Of a DNA stretch of 64,000 bases, positions 1 to 10,450 are shown one piece after another. This stretch comes from an uncultured Aquimarina sp. Lineage in GTDB: Bacteria > Bacteroidota > Bacteroidia > Flavobacteriales > Flavobacteriaceae. A model generated the notes under the pieces. The model was not told the DNA's origin. It did no database searches and saw only the letters and a list, made by a program, of their open reading frames with translations. Position numbers and translations under genes: made by a program. The stretch covers positions 7,378 through 71,377 of the forward strand of contig CALFCI010000017.1 of NCBI GenBank assembly GCA_937951135.1, in the 5' to 3' direction. Within the stretch, counting starts at the first letter, position 1, and the number at the start of each line of letters is the position of its first letter.

Positions 1-545
1 AATAATGGAATATTATATTGCTGTAACACAGGAGCTATCGCTTCTAAATCTGCTTTGGTAACATTTGGAAATTCATCAATTCCAGAATGCGTTAGAAACC
101 CTTTAATCCCAAAAACACCTGCTTTAATAAGCCCTTCAATATCGTTTATATTTGTTGGAATTATTCCCCCATAAAACCCACAATTTACATGTAACTTATC
201 CTTTGATGCTTTTATTTTTTCCTCAAATGCATTAACTGTAGTAGTTACAGGATCTGCATTGAGCGGCATTTCTATTAGGGTAGAAATACCACCAGCTGCT
301 GCCGCTTTGGTAGCGGTATCAAAGCCTTCCCAATCTGTACGACCAGGCTCATTGATATGCACATGAGCATCTATAATACCCGGCATTACTATAAGTGACC
401 CATAATCAAAAACTGGCAAATTATCACTTACCTCATACCAATCTTTATATATCTTATAGATTACCTTCCCTTTTATATGCAAGGCTGCTTCTATAAAGAC
501 ATCTTCTACAAAACATCGTTTGCTATATACTATATATTCATTCAT
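1..545 (-). CDS. allB: Allantoinase (5' part; runs off the window)
   Basis: Manual translation from ATG at 545: MNEYIVYSKR...MPGIIDAHVHINEPGRTDWEGFDTATKAAAAGG...IEMPLN...GIKGFLTHSGIDEFP, i.e. amidohydrolase HxH motif and allantoinase signatures; lies downstream of xdhB. Confidence 0.9.
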   Translation of the reverse strand, partial: MNEYIVYSKRCFVEDVFIEAALHIKGKVIYKIYKDWYEVSDNLPVFDYGSLIVMPGIIDAHVHINEPGRTDWEGFDTATKAAAAGGISTLIEMPLNADPVTTTVNAFEEKIKASKDKLHVNCGFYGGIIPTNINDIEGLIKAGVFGIKGFLTHSGIDEFPNVTKADLEAIAPVLQQYNIPL

Positions 546-657
546 AAGATCATTTTATTACTAGCGTTTTTACTAAGTCCTATTTCGTAATAGCATGAAA
601 GTAATGTAGTATGTAACCAAAAAAAATACTGATTATACTTGCTGTAGTCTAAATGCT

Positions 658-3000
658 TTATTTCTGGTTTTCAGCTTCTTTCTCGTATAAACTCATCAAT
701 ACTTTTTCTGGAGTCATTGGTGCGTGAAACTTCATCGTATATTTTGGATTAAAGGCCATAATTGCGTTTTGCAATGCAAAATACGCTCCAATACCATACA
801 TTAATGGAGGTTCTCCTACTGCTTTTGATTTTAGTATAGCCATATCATTTCCTTCTGTAACCACTGGTAATATTTCCATTACAGTAGGAATAGAAAATAT
901 ATCCGGTATTTTATATGTTGATAATGCATTAGAACGTAATCGTCCGTTTGCATCATAATCAATTTCTTCCATGGTCATCCATCCAATACCCTGTACTAAA
1001 GCTCCTTCTACTTGTCCTAAATCAATACCTTCACTCATACTCTTCCCATAATCATGAATTATTTTAACTGCATCAAATACATACGTTCCTCGCATACAAT
1101 CCACGGTAGTCGTAATAATTGCTGTTCCATATACATGATATGCAAAAGGATGTCCTCTCTCTTTGGTTTTATCAAAATGAATCACGGGCGTTGCATAGTG
1201 TCCGTTTTCTGTCAATGCTACTCGCTTCAACATGGCTTTACTAATTAATGTTTCCCATGTTAATTCTGTTTTTTGACCTGCTAAGTATATACATTCTTGC
1301 TGAAATGTAATCTCGCTTTCCTTACACTTTAGTGCATCGGAGGCTACCGTTTTAAGCCTTGCAACTAATGCATTACATGCTTTAAGCAATGCTTTCCCAT
1401 TTAAATCGGCAGTAGAACTTGCCGCAGAAGGAGAGGTATTCGCTACTCTTGTTGTATTGGTAGACTCTATTTTTATTTTGGCACTATCAATAGCGAAAAC
1501 TTGTGCCGCAATTTGTAATAATTTGGTATTTACACCTTGTCCCATTTCCACAGCAGCAGTACTAATCCCTACACTTCCATCCTGATATATATGTACCAAA
1601 GCACGTGCATGATTCATCGGGGTATTCGTAAATGAAATCCCAAAAGTAATTGGCATCATTGCCAACCCTTTTTTAATAGCATCATGAGTAGTATTAAAAT
1701 CAGTAATTTCTTGTTCTAAAGCTTCGATATCAAAAACTGTAGTTGCACTAGTCCATGTTTTTTGTGCTTCTACCTGTGTAGCTACTTGACCATAAGAGAA
1801 CGTATCATTTTCTTGTAACAAGTTAGCTTCTTGTATGACTCTAGCTTTGACTCCTATAGCTGTAGCTGCTTTAGCAATAGCGGATTCAATGACAAACATT
1901 CCTTGCGGTCCTCCAAAACCACGAAATGCAGTATTGGGAGGTAAATGGGTTTTACAACTATGTACTATTGTACTTACATTAGGAACATAATAACTATTGG
2001 TTGCATGAAATAATGTACGTTCGGCAATTGCTGGTGATAAATCTGCTGCCGCTCCAGAGTTTTGTAAAAACTCTACTTCATACGCTAAAATTTTTAAATC
2101 TTTAGACAATCCTATTGTATACGTACTTTCATAAGGATGTCGTTTTCCTGTCATCCGTAAATCGTCATGACGGTTTAGAATTAATTTAACAGACTGTTTC
2201 AACAGTTGAGCTGCCAATGCTGCCATTACAGCCCATGGTGTTGCTTGGTCTTCCTTTCCTCCAAAACCACCACCAAGTCGGGTCACATCAACCTCTATTT
2301 TATGCATTGAAACCCCAAGTACGTTAGCTATTGTTTTTTGAACTGATGTTGGCCCTTGAGTAGAAGATGTAACTCTTATATTTCCATTCTCTAAAGGTTC
2401 GGCATACGCTCCTTGTGCTTCTATATACAAATGCTCCTGCCCATTCGAAAACGTTTCTCCTTCAAAAACATAAGCACATTTTTGGAATGCTGCTGTCGTA
2501 TCTCCTAAATGAAATGAACGAGGAGCATTAATAAAACTCCCTTTTCCTTTCGCATCTTTAGCAGTAACAATGGCTGGTAATTCATCTATTTCAATCGTAA
2601 TAAGTTGTCGTGCCTGCCGAGCTATGTATTCCGATTCCGCAACAATAAGTGCTATAGGCATGCCTTGAAAATGCACTTCATCTTCTGCAAACAAAGGCTC
2701 ATCAGGAACGATACCTCCTATTTGATTTTCTCCAGGTACATCTTGATATGTAAAAATACGCGCTACGCCTTCTACTGCTAATGCTTTAGAATAATCAACA
2801 CTTTTAATATGACCATGAGCCACTGGTGAATCAAAAACAACAGCATGAAATGTCCCTTGCCGTACATTAATATCATCTACATATATAGATTCTCCGCGCA
2901 CATGCGTGTACGAGTCCATATTTCGTATACTTTGCTGTAATCCCTTTGAAACTTGATCTTTTTTTACAGCTAGGGCTGTCTGTGATTTTGTCTTATCCAT
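658..3000 (-). CDS. xdhB: Xanthine dehydrogenase molybdopterin-binding subunit
   Basis: RLGGGFGGKE, TAFRGFGGPQG, EMGQG and SKAVGEPP motifs. Confidence 0.95.
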   Translation of the reverse strand: MDKTKSQTALAVKKDQVSKGLQQSIRNMDSYTHVRGESIYVDDINVRQGTFHAVVFDSPVAHGHIKSVDYSKALAVEGVARIFTYQDVPGENQIGGIVPDEPLFAEDEVHFQGMPIALIVAESEYIARQARQLITIEIDELPAIVTAKDAKGKGSFINAPRSFHLGDTTAAFQKCAYVFEGETFSNGQEHLYIEAQGAYAEPLENGNIRVTSSTQGPTSVQKTIANVLGVSMHKIEVDVTRLGGGFGGKEDQATPWAVMAALAAQLLKQSVKLILNRHDDLRMTGKRHPYESTYTIGLSKDLKILAYEVEFLQNSGAAADLSPAIAERTLFHATNSYYVPNVSTIVHSCKTHLPPNTAFRGFGGPQGMFVIESAIAKAATAIGVKARVIQEANLLQENDTFSYGQVATQVEAQKTWTSATTVFDIEALEQEITDFNTTHDAIKKGLAMMPITFGISFTNTPMNHARALVHIYQDGSVGISTAAVEMGQGVNTKLLQIAAQVFAIDSAKIKIESTNTTRVANTSPSAASSTADLNGKALLKACNALVARLKTVASDALKCKESEITFQQECIYLAGQKTELTWETLISKAMLKRVALTENGHYATPVIHFDKTKERGHPFAYHVYGTAIITTTVDCMRGTYVFDAVKIIHDYGKSMSEGIDLGQVEGALVQGIGWMTMEEIDYDANGRLRSNALSTYKIPDIFSIPTVMEILPVVTEGNDMAILKSKAVGEPPLMYGIGAYFALQNAIMAFNPKYTMKFHAPMTPEKVLMSLYEKEAENQK

Positions 3001-4408
3001 CCTGTAAAAAATCAGTTAATTTAAATAAATAAGGGTACAAAGTTGTGAAATGCGCAAAAAACAATTGTCTTGCCAATAGTCGCTTATACGCTACAGTGCC
3101 TCGTACATCAGCAATAGGAGCTATTTCATATTGCAATACTTTATTCGCTTCTATAAGTAAAGTTTTACTCAACTCTTTTCCTTTTAAAAATGCAATGGTT
3201 TTATGAGGGTACATTGGAGTTGCCGCTACACCCCCAATAGCAATATGAATATCTTCTATGATAAGCTCTTTTGAAACAATTTGTAGTGCAGAGTTGACAC
3301 TAGCAATATCCAAATGTGTACGTTTACAAACCTTTTCAAAATTAAATTTACTATTTGCATTAGGCAAAGTAAACTGAATGGTCGTAATCAACTCTCCTTC
3401 TTTCAAATCAAAGTTTTTATAACTTTTATAGAATTTCTGAAGAGGGAGTGTTCGTTCTTCCCCTTTGCTATTGCGTATCGTTAATATACTGTCTAATGCT
3501 AGAAAAAACAAAATCATATCACCAATAGGGGATGCATTTACAATATTTCCCCCAAAAGAAGCCATGTTTCGAATTTGCTCAGAAGACACTAGTTTTAAGT
3601 GCTCTTTTAATTTTGGAAATATTAAATTCAATCTTTTATGATTCCATAAATCCGAAACGGTTGCACCTGCACCTATGGTGCATACTTCTTCTTTAATTGA
3701 TATCTTCCGTAAAGCATTTACTGTACCAATAAGACGTATTGCACCTTGTTGTAATGCATCTGCTTTTTGCACATATAAATCTGTCCCTCCAGAAACAAAA
3801 ACTGTACCTGTTTGCACCTGCTCTTCTATATTTAGTGCTATAATACGCTCGGGTATGGTTATAAAATACTCTGGTATATACTCTTGAGATACAAGCCAAT
3901 CTAAAGTTGGTGGTACTTTCCTGTTTTTGAAAGATTGACATACTTGATTTGCTGCATTTACAATAGATTTATATCCAGTACATCGGCAAATATTTCCACT
4001 AATCGCGTCTAGCGCATGGGCTATGTCTTTCTCTGTACTCGTTATAGAAAACCCTGTTAAAGACATTACAAAACCAGGAGTACAAAACCCACACTGGGTC
4101 GCATAATTATCTTTCATGGCCTGTTGCACTACCGTTAAGCGATCGATAAGATTGGTTCCTTCTACGGTTATAATATGCTTTCCGTTTGCGTTTCCTAATG
4201 GGGAAATACAAGAAGTAATACTTTGATACATTACCTGTCCATCATCTTGTAATGTACCCACCAATACTGTGCATGCTCCACAATCTCCTTCCCTACACCC
4301 TACCTTAGTACCTATTAATCGCTTATGATACCTTATAAAATCTAGCAATGGCATACCGGCATCTACTGCTGTTCTTATTGTTGTATTATTAAGGATGAAT
4401 TCCACCAT
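2993..4408 (-). CDS. xdhA: Xanthine dehydrogenase 2Fe-2S/FAD subunit
   Basis: GTKVGCREGDCGACTV, QCGFCTPG, GNICRCTGY; FAD motifs GGTDL and QIRNMASFGGNIVNASPIGD. Confidence 0.95.
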   Translation of the reverse strand: MVEFILNNTTIRTAVDAGMPLLDFIRYHKRLIGTKVGCREGDCGACTVLVGTLQDDGQVMYQSITSCISPLGNANGKHIITVEGTNLIDRLTVVQQAMKDNYATQCGFCTPGFVMSLTGFSITSTEKDIAHALDAISGNICRCTGYKSIVNAANQVCQSFKNRKVPPTLDWLVSQEYIPEYFITIPERIIALNIEEQVQTGTVFVSGGTDLYVQKADALQQGAIRLIGTVNALRKISIKEEVCTIGAGATVSDLWNHKRLNLIFPKLKEHLKLVSSEQIRNMASFGGNIVNASPIGDMILFFLALDSILTIRNSKGEERTLPLQKFYKSYKNFDLKEGELITTIQFTLPNANSKFNFEKVCKRTHLDIASVNSALQIVSKELIIEDIHIAIGGVAATPMYPHKTIAFLKGKELSKTLLIEANKVLQYEIAPIADVRGTVAYKRLLARQLFFAHFTTLYPYLFKLTDFLQDG

Positions 4409-4425
4409 TTCGTTCTATTCTATAA

Positions 4426-4899
4426 CTAATATTCTATTTTATTTTCTTTTGCTGTCCATGTTTGAAATGGCAATAAAGCAGTTTCGGGATGTACTTTTTC
4501 AAAAGGAATAGTACGCTCTTGATCTGGCAATGTGATTTCGATATAAATAAATGCATCATCAAAACCTATCGCTGCTGCATCGTCCTTTGTACTTGCGTAA
4601 TAAACTTTATCTGGTCTTGCCCAATAAATAGCCCCCAAGCACATTGGACAAGGTTCACATGAGGTATATAATTCACAACCTTTCAATTGAAATGTATTCA
4701 ATACTGTGCATGCTTCACGTATTGCAACCACCTCGGCATGAGCGCTTGGATCATTGGTTGATGTCACCCTGTTATGTCCTCGACCTATAATCTCACCATC
4801 TTTTACAATAACACAACCAAAAGGACCTCCATGGTTTGCTTGTATTCCTTTCAAAGCTTCTTGAATGGCTTCATTTATAAACTTTTCATTATCTTTCAT
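4426..4899 (-). CDS. guaD: Guanine deaminase (cytidine-deaminase fold, GuaD type)
   Basis: GGPFG, HAE and PCPMC zinc motifs; located upstream of xdhA. Confidence 0.85.
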   Translation of the reverse strand: MKDNEKFINEAIQEALKGIQANHGGPFGCVIVKDGEIIGRGHNRVTSTNDPSAHAEVVAIREACTVLNTFQLKGCELYTSCEPCPMCLGAIYWARPDKVYYASTKDDAAAIGFDDAFIYIEITLPDQERTIPFEKVHPETALLPFQTWTAKENKIEY

Positions 4900-4928
4900 A
4901 AGCAGCTATTGTTATATTAATCAAAAAA

Positions 4929-4944
4929 GAACAAACGTTTGTGC
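4929..4944. promoter_or_regulatory. LacI-family operator (GAACAAACGTTTGTGC) at the guaD-xdh-allB promoter
   Basis: 15/16 match to the perfect palindrome at 10334; abuts a minus-strand -7-like element TATATTG (4944-4950). Confidence 0.8.
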
Positions 4945-5052
4945 AATATACTTAAATTTTTAACCACTCCAGTAGGCGCGAACTGTTTTTTAACATTCGT
5001 TTAGGTAAAATGACAAAATCTACATTCGATTTTAATCTTTCCTATTATATAT

Positions 5053-6708
5053 TTACTTTATCTCAAGCACTTCTATCATTGGACTTTTTGTTGCTGCATT
5101 AGGAAAAGGTATATCTAACAACAATGCTATGGTAGCCGCTAGCTGAGTAATCTTATATGATTTTGCGACCTTTCGCTTAGGAATATTCCAACCATACCAA
5201 AGTAATGGAACATGGGTGTCGTTATTATAGGAATCGTAATGGGTTGTTCCATACTTCCATTGTTGCATCCATCCCGGTAAAAATTGCAGATAAAGATCAC
5301 CAGATCTTTTAGCATAATAACTATTCTTAACTACAGGAGCAATCTTACTATTGTACAAACTTCGATTTTGCACTACAGGTGCATACACATTTTTAATTCC
5401 TGCTAATTGTTTAAGGTAGTGTTCTGCTCTTGTTATAACTTTCATGTTTTGTACTACTTTTTCGTCTAAATACAATTGTGTATTATCCATATAGGCTATG
5501 TATGTAGCTTCCCCAAATGTGCTACTCAATTCAGCATTTAAACCTTCTTTTATCATATCCGGAATGTAAAATCCAGATGGAATTTTCATTTTCTTAAGGT
5601 ACACAGGTGTATCACTAGCTGCATGGTCTGCCGTAAGAAACAACAGATAGTTATCTTTACCCACTTTTTGATCTAATGCTTCCAATAAACGTGCTAAATC
5701 ACGATCTAACCGCACATAAGTATCTTCTAACTCCTTGGAGCGAATTCCAAAATCATGCCCTACTTTATCGGTACTAGAATAACTTATGGTTAAAAAATCG
5801 GTTTCAACCCCTTGCCCTAATCGTTCTCCATCTAGTGTTGCAATTGCCATATCAGTAAGCAATGAATTCCCAAAAGGAGTATGCAATAGCATTCCATAGC
5901 CCCCATTTTCTTTATGCAACACCTTAAGATCATATGGAAATGTAGGAGTTTCCTTTCCTACATAAATACGCTCATGCGGAACGTTATCTTGATCACTCTG
6001 AATATACTGCGCTATCGGCAATAAGGGTTCCCATACTTGACTCAAAAAAGCATCTGCTTTCTTTTTCGCATTAAATATCGATACCCAATCTGGCAAATCA
6101 TTTGTATAAAATGAACTGGTAACAAAGTCCCCTGTTTTCTTATCATACCAAAAGGCATAATCTGCCAGATGACCCGCAGGTAGAATTGCCCCTCTATCTT
6201 TTAAAGAAAGCCCAACTACTCTAGCACGTTGATTGCTAAATAATTTCAACTCATCTGTAATTGTACTCGTCAGTAAGTTTTTAGGTGAACGTGAGATGAT
6301 AGCTTCTGAATTTTCTTTTTTTGTGTTGGAATTAATTTGAATTACTGTAGAGTCCATAACACAATATAATGTCTTTTTTTGCGCACGTTCATACCAATGA
6401 TTACTTACAATACCATGATCTGCTGGAGTTGTTCCTGTATAAATCGAAGCATGTCCCGGACCAGTCTCTGTTGGAATATAATTATAATGTACATTTTTCA
6501 TAGTACACCCATCATTCATCAATCGCTTAAATCCTTGGGAGGTATAGTGTTCTTGAAAACGATACAAATATTCAGCTCGCATTTGATCTACAACAATACC
6601 CACAACTAACTTAGGTTTTTTGTAGGATTGACTATATACAGATACGCTTATCAAGCTAGATAATACAATCCCTAAATTCCAAATACTTCTTCTCATCTTT
6701 TCACACAT
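5053..6708 (-). CDS. pafA: PafA-type alkaline phosphatase/nucleotide phosphatase paralog
   Basis: Signal peptide; PKLVVGIVVDQMR, PTETGPGHAS, SLKDRGAIL, DKVGH, TADH, DTHVPL. Confidence 0.85.
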   Translation of the reverse strand: MCEKMRRSIWNLGIVLSSLISVSVYSQSYKKPKLVVGIVVDQMRAEYLYRFQEHYTSQGFKRLMNDGCTMKNVHYNYIPTETGPGHASIYTGTTPADHGIVSNHWYERAQKKTLYCVMDSTVIQINSNTKKENSEAIISRSPKNLLTSTITDELKLFSNQRARVVGLSLKDRGAILPAGHLADYAFWYDKKTGDFVTSSFYTNDLPDWVSIFNAKKKADAFLSQVWEPLLPIAQYIQSDQDNVPHERIYVGKETPTFPYDLKVLHKENGGYGMLLHTPFGNSLLTDMAIATLDGERLGQGVETDFLTISYSSTDKVGHDFGIRSKELEDTYVRLDRDLARLLEALDQKVGKDNYLLFLTADHAASDTPVYLKKMKIPSGFYIPDMIKEGLNAELSSTFGEATYIAYMDNTQLYLDEKVVQNMKVITRAEHYLKQLAGIKNVYAPVVQNRSLYNSKIAPVVKNSYYAKRSGDLYLQFLPGWMQQWKYGTTHYDSYNNDTHVPLLWYGWNIPKRKVAKSYKITQLAATIALLLDIPFPNAATKSPMIEVLEIK

Positions 6709-6855
6709 TTACTTATTTATAATGTATGAAAAAATCACACATACAATATTTAATTAAAAAATCAGGTTGCACATAACCCAACATGATAGCTTTTGACTCC
6801 ACCAATAATAATAATAATAATACTTCCTTACATTATTGCTTTTATAGCTCGACTA

Positions 6856-8136
6856 CTAAGACGAAGGTTTCAGTTCTTCAGCTCCTACGATTTCTGCTTC
6901 TGGCACATGTTTATATCTAAAGAATAATCCAAAAAGCACTGCCATCACCAAAGCATATACTGCAAAAATCATCCATATACTATACCAATCCCTAGCCCCA
7001 TACTCTGTATATAGATCAACAATATACCCACTTCCATATCCTCCTAGTACAGGGCCTACACCTAAGGTCATTGTCATTAATAACCCCTGGGCACTAAATC
7101 TAATCTTCTGATCTGCCACTTTATCTATAAATAACGCTCCAGATATAAAGAAAAAATCAAAAGCCATCCCATAGACGATCATTGATAAAATAAGGAACCC
7201 TAAGCCTATACCTTCAGGTGTACCTATTCCAAATAATCCAAATCGAAACATCCATGCAAACATACTGATCAATACCACAATCTTAATCCCATATTTTTTA
7301 AGAAAAAATGGGATGACTAGAATAAAAAACACTTCCGAAATCTGAGAAAGCGTCATTAAAACCACCGAATGTCTTACAGCAAAAGAATCTTTATAATCAA
7401 TCTCAAAATCACTTAAAAAGGGCACTCCCCATATATTTGTAATTTGCGATGCTGCCCCTATCAATATTGCGAAAAAAAAGAATACAATAATTTTTTTGTC
7501 TTTAAATAAAACTAAAGCATCCAATCCAAACCGTTGCACTAAAGTCTGATCTTCTAAAGCTGAAGCTGGCACTTTAGGTAACGTAAATGCATATAGCCCC
7601 ATAACTAGTGCTGCCCCTGCCCCCAAATAAAACTGTCTGGCATCTACTTTCCATTGAAACGCATCTACACACCATGCCGCAATAATAAACCCTATAGTAC
7701 CCCATACTCTAATGGAAGGAAATGTTTTCACAATATCATACCCATTCTTCTCCAAAATATGAAAAGAGATGGAATTGTTTAATGCTAAAGTGGGCATATA
7801 ACACATTGACATCAAAAACATGACACTATAAAATGCAGTAAAGTCTTTTACTTGTACAAGCACGATAAAAAGACCTACTAATATCAATTGAAACATTCCT
7901 AACAATTTTTCTGCACGAATCCAACGATCCGCTACAACCCCAGCTAATGCTGGCATAAATAAAGAAACCACACCTAAGGTAGCATATACAGAACCAATCT
8001 GTACCCCATTAAAGTGTAGTGTTGTTGCCATATAAGCGCCAGCAGAAAGTACCCATGTACCCCATATAAAAAGTTCTAAAAAATTTAATACAATAAGACG
8101 TTGTCTAATACTCATGAGGTTATTTTTTAAAATCAA
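6856..8136 (-). CDS. MFS nucleoside:H+ symporter (NupG/XapB family)
   Basis: About 12 TM segments; FIWGTW, GVVADRW, FPSIRVWGTIGF, SQISE, AFDFF. Confidence 0.9.
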   Translation of the reverse strand: MILKNNLMSIRQRLIVLNFLELFIWGTWVLSAGAYMATTLHFNGVQIGSVYATLGVVSLFMPALAGVVADRWIRAEKLLGMFQLILVGLFIVLVQVKDFTAFYSVMFLMSMCYMPTLALNNSISFHILEKNGYDIVKTFPSIRVWGTIGFIIAAWCVDAFQWKVDARQFYLGAGAALVMGLYAFTLPKVPASALEDQTLVQRFGLDALVLFKDKKIIVFFFFAILIGAASQITNIWGVPFLSDFEIDYKDSFAVRHSVVLMTLSQISEVFFILVIPFFLKKYGIKIVVLISMFAWMFRFGLFGIGTPEGIGLGFLILSMIVYGMAFDFFFISGALFIDKVADQKIRFSAQGLLMTMTLGVGPVLGGYGSGYIVDLYTEYGARDWYSIWMIFAVYALVMAVLFGLFFRYKHVPEAEIVGAEELKPSS

Positions 8137-8161
8137 TAGCTATTGAATAATCATCGTATTA

Positions 8162-9091
8162 TTATGATACTGATTGATGCACCATTTTTAAGAATTTTTC
8201 TCGATCCGCTTTCAAGACAATCTTGGCATTAGTAGGATGAGCTGTTGCCCCCACATAGTCCATAACCGACTGTCCTCTAGAATCATCTTCATTAGTTAAT
8301 ATTTTAACATAAGCCTGTTTTATCTCGATTGCCACGGCCTCATCTATAGCTATTGCCATAGCTATTGGATCTGGAAGATCAAACCCTTTTAAACCAGAAA
8401 TCTGCTGCGCATAATCGACCAAGGTTTGTTGAATATCAACAGAAAAAATTGCCAAGGGTGTCCCTATTGCTTTGAGCTGTGCTACATCATTATCATCAAA
8501 AACTGCGTATTCCCTAGAGACATCCCAACCCACCATAGTAATAGGAATACCAGATTCAAATACAATTTTAGCCGCTTCTGGATCAGCCCAAAAATTATAT
8601 TCAGCAACTGGTGTTACATTGCCTCTACCTAAACCCACTCCTCCCATAATCACGCAATCCTTCACTTTATGTGTAATTGAAGGGTCTTGTAATATTGCCA
8701 TAGCAATATTAGTAAGTGGAGCCAAACAAACTAATGTGATTTCTCCAGGAGCATTAGTTATTGTATCAATTATGGCTTTTACAGCATGCTTTTTTTCTGG
8801 TCTAAATCCCGTTAAAGGCAGTCCTATATCGCTCATTCCATCTTTACCGTGTACATGATCTGCTGTCTTTAAATCCCTTACTAAAGGTTTATCCATCCCC
8901 GGAAATACAGGTACAGAAACCTTACAAAGTTTTAGCGTATACATTGCATTTTGAACTCCTTGCTCTAGCGATACATTACCTGCTACTACTGTAATAGCTT
9001 CGATTACAATATCTGAATGATTCGCTGCCATAATTAATGCTACTGCATCATCTGAGGCCGTATCTGTATCTATTAAAAATCGTTTTTCCAT
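8162..9091 (-). CDS. Inosine-uridine preferring nucleoside hydrolase
   Basis: N-terminal DTDTASDDA motif, HGKDG, PLTNIA, AEYNFWADPEAA. Confidence 0.92.
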   Translation of the reverse strand: MEKRFLIDTDTASDDAVALIMAANHSDIVIEAITVVAGNVSLEQGVQNAMYTLKLCKVSVPVFPGMDKPLVRDLKTADHVHGKDGMSDIGLPLTGFRPEKKHAVKAIIDTITNAPGEITLVCLAPLTNIAMAILQDPSITHKVKDCVIMGGVGLGRGNVTPVAEYNFWADPEAAKIVFESGIPITMVGWDVSREYAVFDDNDVAQLKAIGTPLAIFSVDIQQTLVDYAQQISGLKGFDLPDPIAMAIAIDEAVAIEIKQAYVKILTNEDDSRGQSVMDYVGATAHPTNAKIVLKADREKFLKMVHQSVS

Positions 9092-9194
9092 GTCTTTTTT
9101 TTAATATGAATCTCATCTATAGTAATGCATTTGAAAGCTAAGATAGGAAGCACTCCCTTATTAATTTTAACATACTATGCTCAACCTACTCCTA

Positions 9195-10127
9195 TCATAA
9201 TTCTTCTTTAACATCATTCGTCAAACCCATTTCCAAATCTGCTAAAAAAGGAATTGAAGACTGTGAACCATATTTTGTCACAGCTAATGAAGCTGCTTTA
9301 TTTGCAAATTCTACCGCACCTCTAAGACCTACTCCATTACTCAACCCTAAAGCTAAAACCCCATTAAAGGTATCTCCGGCAGCAGTCGTATCTTTTGCCT
9401 TGACTTTACATCCTGGCACTATCTCAGACACCTCATCCGAGTGTATGTATGCGCCACTAGCCCCCATAGTGATTACTACATTTTGGACTCCTCTTTCTCG
9501 CAATAACAGTGCTGCTTTTCTTGCACTTAGGTCATCTATCACTTTCACCCCTGTTAAAATCTCTGCTTCCGTTTCATTAGGTGTAATCACATACAACGAA
9601 GCGTATAGTTCATCACTCAACTTTTGAGCAGGAGCAGGGTTTAATATCACCTTCTTATCATATTTTCTAGCCAACATCACAATATGATTAACCGTATTAA
9701 TTGGTATTTCCAACTGAATTAAAACAATCGCAGCTTTTTTAATCTCGTCTATGGCTTTATTGATATCTTTTTTCTTTAAAAATGCATTTGCTCCTGGCGC
9801 TACAATTATTGCATTTTCTGCATTGTCACCTACTGTAATCAAAGCTACACCAGTGGGCTTAGATTTATGCCTAAATACAAAATCGATATGAATACCTTCT
9901 TTTTCAAATTGCTTTAACAATTCTAAACCAAAAATATCTTTTCCGATTTTAGTAATAAATGTAACCCCTCCACCAAGTCTAGCAATCGCTACAGCTTGAT
10001 TAGCTCCTTTGCCTCCTGAACTTATTAAAAACTCCCCTCCTAAAACAGTCTCTCCTGGAACTGGCATTTTATTCGCTCGCACTACCATATCTGTATTAGA
10101 GCTACCTACGACTATTATTTTTGACAT
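9195..10127 (-). CDS. rbsK: Ribokinase
   Basis: GGKGANQAVA, NPAPA, PNETEA, DTTAAGDTFNG PfkB signatures. Confidence 0.95.
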   Translation of the reverse strand: MSKIIVVGSSNTDMVVRANKMPVPGETVLGGEFLISSGGKGANQAVAIARLGGGVTFITKIGKDIFGLELLKQFEKEGIHIDFVFRHKSKPTGVALITVGDNAENAIIVAPGANAFLKKKDINKAIDEIKKAAIVLIQLEIPINTVNHIVMLARKYDKKVILNPAPAQKLSDELYASLYVITPNETEAEILTGVKVIDDLSARKAALLLRERGVQNVVITMGASGAYIHSDEVSEIVPGCKVKAKDTTAAGDTFNGVLALGLSNGVGLRGAVEFANKAASLAVTKYGSQSSIPFLADLEMGLTNDVKEEL

Positions 10128-10333
10128 TCATTTATGTTTTTATTTATAATTTATAAAAGAAATTAATCTGCGAACTCCCGGCACTTTAACTCATCAATAT
10201 TATGGCAAAACCAATCCAAATTCTGAGTTTCTAATTATTAATTTTAAATATTTGTAACATCTCCAGTTAACATATAAAAATCCCCAATCATAACATGAAA
10301 CACTTGTTTTAGTAATTTACACTTTCATCACTC

Positions 10334-10349
10334 GAACAAACGTTTGTTC
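10334..10349. promoter_or_regulatory. LacI-family operator, perfect palindrome GAACAAACGTTTGTTC
   Basis: 16-bp perfect palindrome with AAACGTTT core, directly downstream of the minus-strand -7 element TACTTTTG (10349-10356). Confidence 0.85.
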
Positions 10350-10450
10350 AAAAGTATAAAAAAAAAGATTACCCACAACTTTTTTAATGTTTTTAAATCC
10401 AAAACAATACATTTGCAGTATTGATCACTACAAAACCTGAGTATACAATC

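Noticed and set aside
10128-10333. Purine riboswitch in the long rbsK leader
   Set aside because: No recognisable purine aptamer core; the operator explains regulation
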